DNA of 54,743 nucleotides from Gekko japonicus (Eukaryota), in assembly GCF_001447785.1 (NCBI RefSeq), contig NW_015177038.1:293454-348196 (forward strand), given 5' to 3'. Shown piece after piece: positions 11,560-21,700 of this stretch; the first letter of the stretch is position 1; every line of letters starts with the position of its first letter. A program made the translations under genes and the position numbers. Under the pieces are notes generated by a model. The model was not told the DNA's origin and did not search any database. It worked only from the letters and a program-made list of their open reading frames with translations.

Positions 11560-12767
11560 GATAGGGGGCTACCACACAAAGGCCTCTCAGGTCCAATTTG
11601 CTTTTCTCTCTCAGCTGGGAGCAAAGAGGCCAGCTGGTAATCATACTCCTATTTTGGTGTAGTGGTTAGAAGCACCAACACTAATCTGGGAGAACCGTGC
11701 CCTAGAAGCTGTGCCCTTTTGTATCTAAAGCAGGTGCTGTACCACTGAGCTATGGTGCACGTTGAAGTGGCTCCATCGTTGCAGATGATGCCCTTTCATA
11801 ATCTATGGATAACCTGTGCGGTGTGTTTGCACCATTGTGTTGGTTTGGAAAGTTGTGCTAACCTTCTGGGCCTTCATATTGGTGCAATGACCAGTATTTC
11901 ACCCAGTTGTGGCAAGGATAAATTTCCCTAAACCATTAATTTCAGTAGCAATAATATTCAAAGGTCTTCTGGAATGAATGGCTTAAGGATGGTTGCCTAA
12001 AATATCAATTAATGCTCCAAGTGCCTTCATTTGCAAGGACAGGAAGGTTCCATGGAATCTGGGAGAAGGTATTTGGACAAGTAGAAACATTTGTAGGATG
12101 AAGCCCAAGGGTGGCACAATCAATATGTAGTGGGAAGGACTTGTATCACACTGCCTATGTTCTTGGTTTTGAGTTAAAGTAATAATGGGGGTAGGTCTCC
12201 TGTGTGAAAAGGTAATCAGAAAGAACTATGGTGTGAGATGGCCACAATTTGGGATGTGGCAACAGGCCATTCCAATAGCACCAGCATTTCACAAATACCA
12301 TTCTGAACCCTGTCAATAGCATTGATCCATACAAGCAAGTTGCATGGCAGATGATAATCAAATAAGTCCTTTGCATATTGGCATGCCTGGAATGTTATTG
12401 TCCCTGCAAATCTTTAGATGTAGATGTGTGGTGTGTGTGTGTGCTAGTTTGAAAACTAAGGCCATACACTGGCCCTTCTTAAATTCTTTTTAACCAGGTC
12501 TGAAACCTCATCATAACAGCATGCAACATGCTTTGGAGGAAGAGTATAATCAAGTCTTGGGCACCAATTGAAACCTTCTTTGACTCCTTCAGGGCACCAG
12601 AAAAAAACTGTTTCAAACTTATGTTTTGTTACTGACCTTATCATCATGCATCTAAAATGCAACTTTCATTCATGTACTCAGCTTCTCTTACTTCCAAAAT
12701 TGCATCAAGGACAATGTTCTAAAAATATTCACCACAGAATGGGTGGCACTCATTTCAGTCTCCCTGG

Positions 12768-13016
12768 NNNNNNNNNNNNNNNNNNNNNNNNNNNNNNNNN
12801 NNNNNNNNNNNNNNNNNNNNNNNNNNNNNNNNNNNNNNNNNNNNNNNNNNNNNNNNNNNNNNNNNNNNNNNNNNNNNNNNNNNNNNNNNNNNNNNNNNNN
12901 NNNNNNNNNNNNNNNNNNNNNNNNNNNNNNNNNNNNNNNNNNNNNNNNNNNNNNNNNNNNNNNNNNNNNNNNNNNNNNNNNNNNNNNNNNNNNNNNNNNN
13001 NNNNNNNNNNNNNNNN
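12768..13016. other. Assembly gap
   Basis: N run. Confidence 1.
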
Positions 13017-13351
13017 AACATTAAAATCAGAGAGACCACAGCAGTATGGTCAGACTGCACACTCGCTGCTCTGCATAGGCCAGTGGGCAGATTTTTGAAC
13101 AGGGGTAATATATCCCTTAAGGTTGTGCATACATTTACAGGTGTTTGCATGTGGTCTATCCTCCACGCCCCCACACTGCTTTTTAAAAAATATCCATGGT
13201 GTATTTGATCACACTAGTTTCTCTGTGTGGACTGATTCTTTGAGGCAGCATGACCATGGTTTGATTTGCCACTTTTTAAAGATTTGGCACTTTCTTTAAT
13301 TTTGACATTTAAAAAAAAAGTAAATATCACCTCACATCTCTTAGACTAAGG

Positions 13352-14290
13352 ATGTCAGAGGATCTTGCATGGGAAAATCAGAGTTCTGTGTCAGAATTCA
13401 TCTTGTTGGGCTTCTCAAGTCAGCCCCAAATGCAACTGATGCTGTTTGTGGCCTTCCTGGTCCTGTACCTTCTGACCCTGTTGGGCAATAGTCTCATTAT
13501 CACCCTCATCATGACAGACTCTCGCCTCCACACACCCATGTACTTTCTCCTAGCCAACCTTTCCTTCTTGGATATTAGCTATACCACCACCACGGTACCC
13601 CAGATGTTAATACACCTCCTCTCCAAGAGGAAAACCATTTCTTATGCTCGCTGTGCTGCCCAGATGTACATCTTCCTGTCCTTGGGGATAACCGAGTGCG
13701 TCCTCTATGCTGTGATGGCTTATGATAGATATGTTGCCATCTGCCACCCACTGCGCTACGCCATCATCATGAGCAGACCTTCCTGTATCAAGCTGGCTGC
13801 TGGGTCTTGGACCTGTGGCTTTCTCTTTGCCATGATGCACACTGGTTTCACCATGAGGTTGCCCTACTGTGGCCCAAACGAGATCAACCACTTCTTCTGT
13901 GAGGTGCCAGCCATCTTAAAATTGGCCTGTGCAGACACACGGGTCAATGAGGTCGTGGACTTTGTGCTAGGTGTGATTCTACTGATGACCCCTCTTTCTT
14001 TGATTGTGGTGTCTTACTGTTTCATCTTTGCAGCCGTTTCAAAGATCCGCTCTACTGAAGGCAAGTTCAAGGCGTTTTCTACTTGTAGTTCACACATCAC
14101 TGTTGTGACCCTCTTCTACAGCGCTGCCATGTTCATGTACATGCGCCCAGCATCCAGCTACAAGCCAGAGAGGGACAAGAAGTTTTCACTTTTTTACAAT
14201 GTGGTATCTGCTTTGTTGAATCCATTTATCTACAGCCTAAGAAACAAGGATGTCAAAGGAGCCTTGGTCAAACTGGTCTGTAAAGAGTGA
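13352..14290 (+). CDS. Olfactory receptor, class II (family 2/13-like, OR2D/2A-type), intact
   Basis: 312 aa with N-glycosylation site NQS, GN in TM1, LHTPMY, MAYDRYVAICHPLRY, HFFCE, KAFSTCSSH, LNPFIYSLRN. Confidence 0.97.
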   Translation: MSEDLAWENQSSVSEFILLGFSSQPQMQLMLFVAFLVLYLLTLLGNSLIITLIMTDSRLHTPMYFLLANLSFLDISYTTTTVPQMLIHLLSKRKTISYARCAAQMYIFLSLGITECVLYAVMAYDRYVAICHPLRYAIIMSRPSCIKLAAGSWTCGFLFAMMHTGFTMRLPYCGPNEINHFFCEVPAILKLACADTRVNEVVDFVLGVILLMTPLSLIVVSYCFIFAAVSKIRSTEGKFKAFSTCSSHITVVTLFYSAAMFMYMRPASSYKPERDKKFSLFYNVVSALLNPFIYSLRNKDVKGALVKLVCKE

Positions 14291-14689
14291 CGAATGTTTC
14301 TTTAGGGTTATAAACAGGGGCAATGTGAAAAATCACAAGTCCTTTATATCCACTTACACAAACCATGCAGTGTCCATGAACATGAGGGCCAGAAAACGTC
14401 TGGCTTTTGTTATATGACCTCTTCAAACTCTGACTGGGTGTGGCAGCATAGGAAACAGCCATCCAGGTATATGCACAGGCAAACTTCCCTATCTATCATA
14501 TGTCTGCCATGCACAGAATTCTTAAGACAATAAATAAGAATTTTAAAGGTGCCTTGCAAATGTTATGAATAGGCGGATGCACATATATTATTCAGGCATG
14601 TATAATATAAGTCAGACACTATTAGCTGCCGTCAGGTATTAATTTAAGTGCTGAAATATTGGATGGAATGGTTTGATGTTTTTATGAAT

Positions 14690-14800
14690 TTTTATTGTTT
14701 TATCATGTGTTGTGAGCTGCCCTGAGCCTGCTTAAGGGGATAGGGTGGGACACAAATAAATAAATGAACAAATGAATGAATGAATAAATAAATAAATATA
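14690..14800 (+). mobile_element. L2-like LINE 3' tail
   Basis: TGTGAGCTGCCCTGAGCCTGC...(AAAT)n, same end as the L2 at 1766. Confidence 0.55.
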
Positions 14801-15258
14801 ACTGGTAATTGTGAAAAAAGAGGCAGGAAATACCCAAGTCCAGTAAAATAAAAGCAAAGAATACGAGTGTTTTTACCTTTTTTGGGGTGTGTGTGTGTAA
14901 CAAATTACAGCTTTGAACTAACTAGTATAGTTGTGCAGTTCTATTGTAAACATAAGAGCCAGGGAATTACCAAAAGGGAGGAATGCCTGGCATTTTGGGG
15001 GCAATGCTCTGCCATAGTTTTGGCCCGTCACTCCCTGTTACCAAAAGGGAGGAATGCCTGGCATTTGGGGGGCAATGCTCTGCCAGAGTTTTGGCCCGTC
15101 ACTCCACTTCCGTGTCATGTAGGCACATCGCTGAAATGCCAGGCGTTCTTCCTTGCTCCTGGTAAGTGCACCCCCATCCCCTGCCAGCTGCTCAGATGGA
15201 CCTGGCAACCCTAACTATAAAAGGACATTTTATTCCAGTGGGATGTGTTTATGATACG

Positions 15259-15531
15259 TTTGGTGTAGTGGTTAGGAGTGCGGACTCCAGTCTGGGAGAA
15301 CTGAGTTTGATTCCCCACTCCTCCACATGCAGCTGCTGGTGTGACCTTGGGTCAGTCATAAATTCTCTCAGAGCTGTTCTCTCAAGGGCAGTTCTCAGGA
15401 GAGCTCTCTCAGTCCCACCTACATCACAGGGTGTCTGTTGTGGGGAGGGGAAGGGAAAGGAGATTGTAAGCTGTTCTGAGACTCCTTCAGATAGTGAAGG
15501 GCGGGGTATAAATCCAATCTCTTCTTCTTCT
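15259..15531 (+). mobile_element. Squam3-like SINE
   Basis: Full family head, core and (TTC)n tail. Confidence 0.88.
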
Positions 15532-15883
15532 TAAATGCTGTACCAGTCAGAATAAGCCTTTATTGTTATTCCATTAAGCATGAACCAGAGAGGCCCTCTC
15601 TATACTGAGAAGATTTAACAAGGGACAACCATCCTGTCCTTTTCAAGAGCTTCCCCAAAGTATCTGGTCAGCCACTGCTGAGAGAGAATGCTCAAATGGA
15701 TCTGCTGGGGCAGCTCTTGGATTCTTCAGTAAATACTAGTCTGGACAATGTGGACATAAAATGACATCTATGTGTCTTCTGGATTTTACAGAACCACTAC
15801 ATGATAAAAATATGTGTGCAGGCTTGCATTAATTTAAGGGAATGGATTGGTTCAATAGAACACATTGTCTTCCTTGCTCTTGT

Positions 15884-16071
15884 GTTTCTCATTTTTATAA
15901 TATGATTTGATAATTCTTTCTTCCAGTTCTTGACTTAACAGTACCTCAGATCACTCTGCCCACAAACATCACTGAAAGTTTCTCATTTTTATAATATGAT
16001 TTGATAATACTTTGGTCCAGTTCTTGACTTAACAGTAGCTCAGATCACTCTGCCCACAAATATCACTGAAG
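15884..16071. repeat. Tandem duplication, 2 x ~94 bp
   Basis: GTTTCTCATTTTTATAATATGATTTGATAAT...GATCACTCTGCCCACAAA.ATCACTGAA occurs twice. Confidence 0.9.
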
Positions 16072-16248
16072 GATTATGCAGTGTCTCTTTGTACCAAGAA
16101 CACTATTACTCCAGAAGGAGTAGTTGTGAGAATAAAGTAGAGGGCTCTAAATGGCTGCCAGATCTCCAGCCCCAATGTCCCACTGCCTCTTGTTAAGGTG
16201 GTGGTGGGAAAATAAGGGGGGGGGATGTGTGTAGCTTCAGTGCAGTGG

Positions 16249-16480
16249 TTTGGTGTAGTGGTTTGAGAAGCAGTTCTCGAAAGAGTTCTCTCAGCCCCAC
16301 CTACCTCACAGGGTGTCTGTTGTGGGGAGGGGAAGGGAAAGGAGTTTGTAAGCCGCTCTGAGACTCTGACTGAAGGGTAAATCTAATCTTCTCCTTCTTC
16401 TCCTTCTCCTCCTTCTCCTCCTTCTTCTTTTCCTTCTCCTTCTCCTTCCTCCTCTTCCTCCTCTTCCTCCTCCTCCTTCT
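16249..16480 (+). mobile_element. Internally deleted Squam3-like SINE with expanded CTT/CCT tail
   Basis: Head fused directly to core; pyrimidine microsatellite ~16385-16480. Confidence 0.75.
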
Positions 16481-16617
16481 GGGATAAAACCAGAAGTGAC
16501 ATCACAGTGTCACAGCAATGCACCACAGGAAGTGGCGGCCCTCCTCCTCCTCCTTCTCCTTCCTCCTCTTCCTCCTGCGATAAAACCAGAAGTGACATCA
16601 CTGTGTCACAGCAATGC

Positions 16618-16980
16618 TCTAGAGTTTCCTCCACATTGTTATGGCTTTACCAGAGACTTTGGTAGAATGTTAGAGAACCAGCCCAACATGATGACCTCAC
16701 TTCAGATTTTGTGCCAGAAGCGACATTGCACATTGACACAATGTACGAGCAAATGTTCCCACCCTGGCAACCCTAGGTCAGATCCCTCCGTCTCTTATGT
16801 TCTTATGTTCTAGAGTTTCCTCCACATTCTTATGGCTTTACCAGAGACTCTGGTAGAATTTTAGAGTACCAGCCCAACATGATGACCTCATTTCAGATTT
16901 TGTGCCAGAAGCAACATTGCACATTGACATGATGTACGATCAAATGTCCCCACCATGGCAACCCTAGGTCAGATCCCTCT
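16618..16980. repeat. Tandem duplication (~175 bp x2) of a DNA-transposon end plus flank
   Basis: TCTAGAGTTTCCTCCACATT...TGGCAACCCTAGGTCAGATCCCTC twice, separated by a CR1-like TCTTATGTTCTTATG stretch. Confidence 0.85.
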
Positions 16981-17715
16981 GTATGCTTCCTTTTGCATGT
17001 TCTGCTGCTGTCTATTTGTTTACTCAGAATACATTTCTCAGGGTCTTCCTTTCTGCTGCCTCCTTCTCTTCCTGTTTTTGTGCACTCTCTCTCTGGGCTT
17101 TTCTGCACGTGTTATTTAGTCACTTGTGCGCCCATATTGCTTCTTTTTTTCCCTTTTCCACTTGTGTTTTGATCCCTCTAGTGGTCACTTCGATATTACA
17201 TCACTGTACCAACAGTTTATTCTCAAGCACCTTAAAAGTGCATGGAAATAAACTGGAGATACAGTAGTGAAATATAAAAGTGACCACTAGAGAGAGAGAA
17301 ACATGTGCAGAAAGGAAAGAAACACCCAGTATAGGCATAGAAGGAAGAAAATAAGAAGTATGGAAAAGCTCAGAGGGCAGTCTTGCTCCCTCTTACCTCC
17401 ATGAGAGCAACTGGTGCTCTCAGAATTACTCTGTACGCTAGCCTAGATAGATAGGTAGAAGGCTAATCTCTCCTTTCCTATCTCAGCATGGATTTCTCTA
17501 AAATAAAGAGTAACCATTTCTTTTCTAAAGCAGCAAGTCTTGTGTGGGCTTTATTCTAAATCAACCTCCCCCTTCTGCTAGTGTACAGCCGGCTTCTGCT
17601 AACATATCAGCGTCTACTTCATAGATCTGAATTAGGATATTGCTTGACTGAGAACAAGAACAGCCAGTGCCATCAATTGTCATGCAATTATGTTTCACTG
17701 AAAATACCCACTGTC

Positions 17716-17967
17716 ATGGAGCAGAGGTCCATCAGTGGCTATTAGCCACAAGGTATAGATAGGAACTCTCGGTCTGGGGCAAGTGATGCACTGTATTCTT
17801 GGTGCTGGGGGGCAACAGTGGGAGGGCTCCTAGTGTCCTGGCCCCACTTCTGGACCTCCTGATGGCACCTGGTATTTTTGGCCACTGTGTGACAGTGTGG
17901 GACTGGATGGGCCATTGGCCTGATCCAACATTGGCTTCTTATGTTATTATGTTCTTATGTTCTTATA
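17716..17967 (+). mobile_element. CR1 LINE 3' fragment
   Basis: ATGGAGCAGAGGTCCATCAGTGGCTATTAG (ORF2 end MEQRSISGY*), 3' UTR, (GTTCTTAT)n. Confidence 0.9.
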
Positions 17968-18672
17968 TATACTGTGTGCAAAGCTGAAGAAACTGTTTAT
18001 TAGGGATGGGCACAGACCCGAATGCATCTCCCTCAGAATGAGAGGGGTGTGTGTATATATTCCCAGGAGGAGCGTGACTGTCCTTTGTTTGCCTCGGGTT
18101 TTCTGTGAGTCTAGTTCTCCTTGTGCATGTGAAAAAAAAAATGTGGTGGGCCTGGGTTGGGGGGGAACGTACTGGGGTTGCTGGGTAGGTGGGTGGGTGG
18201 GGAAACCTGCTTGATCTCCTGGTGACGATACAAACTGCCAGTTGAAAAGTATCATTGCCTTCCCTTTTCTCATCCTCGTTCTCCTTCCTGAGTTCCACCG
18301 CTACAATGCCTTGTTCCCTCTTGTCTCTTTCTTTGATGTGAGGGGTGGGAAACTGGGGTTGAATTTTTATTGCTTTTATGTGTTTTTGTTTTTACTTAGG
18401 GGTTGCCTGTTTCCTTGGCAAATCAAACAGCAAAGTTACTTCACCCCTTTTGTGGGTTCTGCAAGCAGCTCTTTTTTTGGGATGTAATAAAAGGAAGGAC
18501 AGGATTGCCCACTGGAAACAATGGGAGAGACTTGAAGGCCCATTGGAAATAATGAGCGAGGAATGCCAATTGACTTGTATGGGATCCATTAAAATACATT
18601 ACAGCACAAGATGAGTTGCAACGAAAATATGAAATGGATTTTCCATTAAGGTCTCTGGGCCCAGATAGACAG

Positions 18673-19170
18673 CTCTGGGACTGGAATGAGAGCCCCCAGA
18701 GTGGAGTGATGGTCCCTGGGGGTAGCAGGAGTGTTCTGTGAATGGAATGACAGGCTCCAGAGTGGAATGACAGCCCCTGGAAGTAATAGGAGTGTTCTGG
18801 AATGACAGGCCCCAGAGTGGAATGATAGTTCCTGGGGGTAGCAGATGTGTTCTGGGACTTGAATGAGATACCACAGAGTGGAATGACAGTCCCTGGGAGT
18901 AGCAGGAGTGTTCTGGGACTGGAATGACAGGCCCAGAGTGGAATGACAGTCCCTGAGGGTAGGAGATGTATTCTGGAACTGGAATGATAGTTCACATAAT
19001 GTAATGACGGTCCCTAGCAATAAAATCTGTGCTGTGGTGCTGGAATGACAGTCCCCAGAGTGGAATGATGGTCCCTAGGAACGGAATTAATGCTCTGGGA
19101 CTGGAATGAGTGCCCCTAGGCTGGAATGATGGCTCCAGGAAGTAGAGTCAGTGCTCTGCGACTGGAATTG
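18673..19170. repeat. Minisatellite, ~8 copies of a ~60-bp unit
   Basis: Unit ~CTGGGACTGGAATGACAGNCCCAGAGTGGAATGACAGTCCCTGGGAGTAGCAGGAGTGTT with two TGGAATGA cores per unit. Confidence 0.9.
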
Positions 19171-19355
19171 CGAACCACCCGCTCCTGTGCAGGTGTTCCC
19201 CTGGCCCTGGGGTGGGGAGGTTGGCTCTGCCAGGTAACCACATTGCCTGTGGGTAGAGGGTGGGCCTGGGGACTGAACGTCAACTGCCCCTGTGCAAGCG
19301 ATGCCCTTCTCCTTTTGGGAAGTTTCCCATGCCAGGCAACCTAGGAAGAGATATC

Positions 19356-19685
19356 TGTCAGAAGCAACCTGAAAAGTATGCAGACGGAGAGTGATTTCAG
19401 CTAAGCATACCTTTATTTAGTTCAGGACAAAGACGAAGGGACCAGCTCGCAGGCTGGTTATATAGGTTCAGAAAACCCGCCACCAAGTACACCTAAACAC
19501 ACCCCCTACTCCCGATAGGCTATTTACAGTAACCGGGCGACCATTGGTCTCCCGGCTGAGAAGCTGGCCCTTTGATTGGGCCGGCTAGGATCCTAAGGAC
19601 CCATTGTCTTTGGACATGACGCTATTGACGAGTTGTGCCTGGCCAGCCCGGGCAAGTCCGGGCATGTCAGGCTGAATACATTACA
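19356..19685 (-). mobile_element. Gypsy 3' LTR
   Basis: Minus strand TGTAA...TGACA, immediately preceded by polypurine tract AAGGGGGGTGGGG (~19686-19698); TATATAA (~19458) and AATAAA (~19412) on the minus strand. Confidence 0.85.
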
Positions 19686-20936
19686 CCCCACCCCCCTTGG
19701 TTCAGAAGGCACCCACAGACGAAGTCCTTCAAGTAGGCGGGTGGCTTCTTGGGGCGCGTCGAGCGTCGGGGCCCCGGGGTAGCGATGGGTTCGGTCTCGG
19801 GGGCCCTGGGAGCCGAGGGGCCTGGGACCGACGAGGGCGCCGAGGAGGCAGGACAGGCTGGCACCACGGTGTGAGGTGCCTCGGGTTCCTCACGGAGAGG
19901 CGGCTGTGGATCCGGTGCCGGGAGTGGGGCCGATGTGGCAGGCTCTGGGTCCTCGTCCGGATCCTCAGGGTCCAGCTGTAGCGTGCGACGGCGCAGCTGA
20001 TCTATGTGCCGGTGGAGGATCTGGCCGTCCTCGCTGGAGACCTCGTATGAACGGGGGCCCTTGACCCGTATGACTCGGGCTGGGATCCATTGAGGCCCCC
20101 GGCCGTAGTTTCGGGCGTACACCGGGTCCTCTGGAAAGAACCCTCTGGCCGGCTCGTACGTCTCGGTGCCCGGGGCCTCCGGGGTTGCCCGATCTGGGTG
20201 TAACCGATCCAGTCGGGAGGCTAGGCGACGGCCCAGCAGTAGTTCGGCTGGGGTGCGGCCGGTCGTGGAGTGTGGCGTGGTGTGCTGTCCGAAGAGGAAA
20301 GCGGCTAGTTTATAGTCCCAATCGGTGGAGTCCAGTCGGCGAAGTGCGTCCTTTGTGGTGCGCACCATGCGCTCCGCCTGGCCATTTGTAGCGGGGTGAA
20401 ACGGGGCGGATCGGACGTGGCGGATCCCGTAGTACCTGGTGAACGCCTGGAACTCGGCAGAGGTGAACGCGGTCCCATTGTCCGTGACCAGCGTGTCGGG
20501 GATCCCTTGGCCGCTGAAGATCCTCCACATGGCCCGGATTGCGGCCTGCGAGGATGTGGAGGGCACTGGGACCACTTCCAGCCACTTGCTGTATGCGTCC
20601 ACCAGGATGAAGAACAGCTTGCCCTGGAAGGGTCCCGCAAAGTCCAGATGGAGGCGGGACCAGGGACGGTGGGAGGATTCCCAGGCCCTCTCGGGCGCTC
20701 GGGGTGGTTCCGGCCGCGAGGCTTGGCATGGCTGGCACCTCTTGACTACCCCTTCAATGTCGGCGTCCAGTCCCGGCCACCACACGTAGCTCCTGGCCAG
20801 GGCTTTCATCCGCACCACCCCGGGGTGTGTCTCATGCAGGGCGGTGAGTACCCGTTCCCTTAAAGGCGAGGGGATGACCACCCGGCTTCCCCACAGCAAG
20901 CACCCCTTGTGGGTTGAGAGTTCGTGTTTCCGGGTG
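19667..20936 (-). CDS. Ty3/Gypsy pol C-terminus (integrase), K02A2.6-like; frame open up to the gap
   Basis: HHCC zinc finger (LHETHPG...CQPCQ), DDE core (HLDFAGP, TDNG, NGQAERMV), C-terminal RRSTR..KPP.YLKDFV. Confidence 0.93.
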
Positions 20937-20954
20937 NNNNNNNNNNNNNNNNNN
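20937..20954. other. Assembly gap (probably hides the rest of the Gypsy element)
   Basis: N run cutting the pol ORF. Confidence 1.
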
Positions 20955-21700
20955 AAAAGGGAACAATAACCTATGTATACAGAAGTCCTGCTTATTCCAG
21001 TAACCCAAAAATAGACGCAGAGACCAGATCTTTATGAAATGGTTTCTTTACTTAGGGAGTTTGCACATTCACAATAAAACCCAAGCACACACCACACAAT
21101 ACAGAGCTAAGAAACTTAGACAGAAAAGGTATAGAGATGTTTGCATTAGCAGGTATTTCATTGAGGGTGATAAGTACCTGTCCAGGTGTGATGAAGCAAT
21201 CCTGCAGCAAAAAATGAGGAAGACTATAAGGAAAAGGGGCCGTGTTCTGACCGGCAGAGCATGTGGATAGACTCTGGATAGCACTAGATCGAGAGTCAGC
21301 AAGGTAGGGTGGGGGCAGGTAGAGAGGAAGTGTGAGAGAGAGAGAGACAGCATGGTCAGATATTCTCCTTTTATGCCCTAAGAAGGGGCTTGGGGGTATG
21401 AGCCACCAAGCATGTAGTCCCCAGGAACATGCTAGATGCTACTAGTGCCTTGATGGGCTAAAAGAATAGGATTAATGGTTGGGCAATTGACAATGTTTCT
21501 TTAAGTGACACCTTTCAGAGTTTGGGTTTAAGACAAAGGAGAAGAACAGGCAGTCATTCAAGGTGCTTGGCTAGCCATTAACGTCAATGATCTGATGGTC
21601 TGCAGCTGCGTTGTTTTGATGGGTGATGAGTGTGCTAAACCCAGTTAATCCTGTCACGGCCAAGTTCTTTTGTCTAACTTGAAGATGACTACGTGCAGTT
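20955..21700 (-). mobile_element. Probable LTR of a second, unrelated LTR element; boundaries uncertain
   Basis: No similarity to 19356-19685; minus-strand CATAAAAG TATA-like box (~21370) and GTAAAG/TCTCTGCGTC-type 3' region; no TSD found. Confidence 0.35.

Noticed and set aside
11760-12400. Possible DIRS or other RT remnant on the minus strand
   Set aside because: Only faint motif resemblance; cannot be supported without a search
18673-19170. CRISPR-like array
   Set aside because: Eukaryotic context, inter-core sequences are homologous to each other, no cas genes
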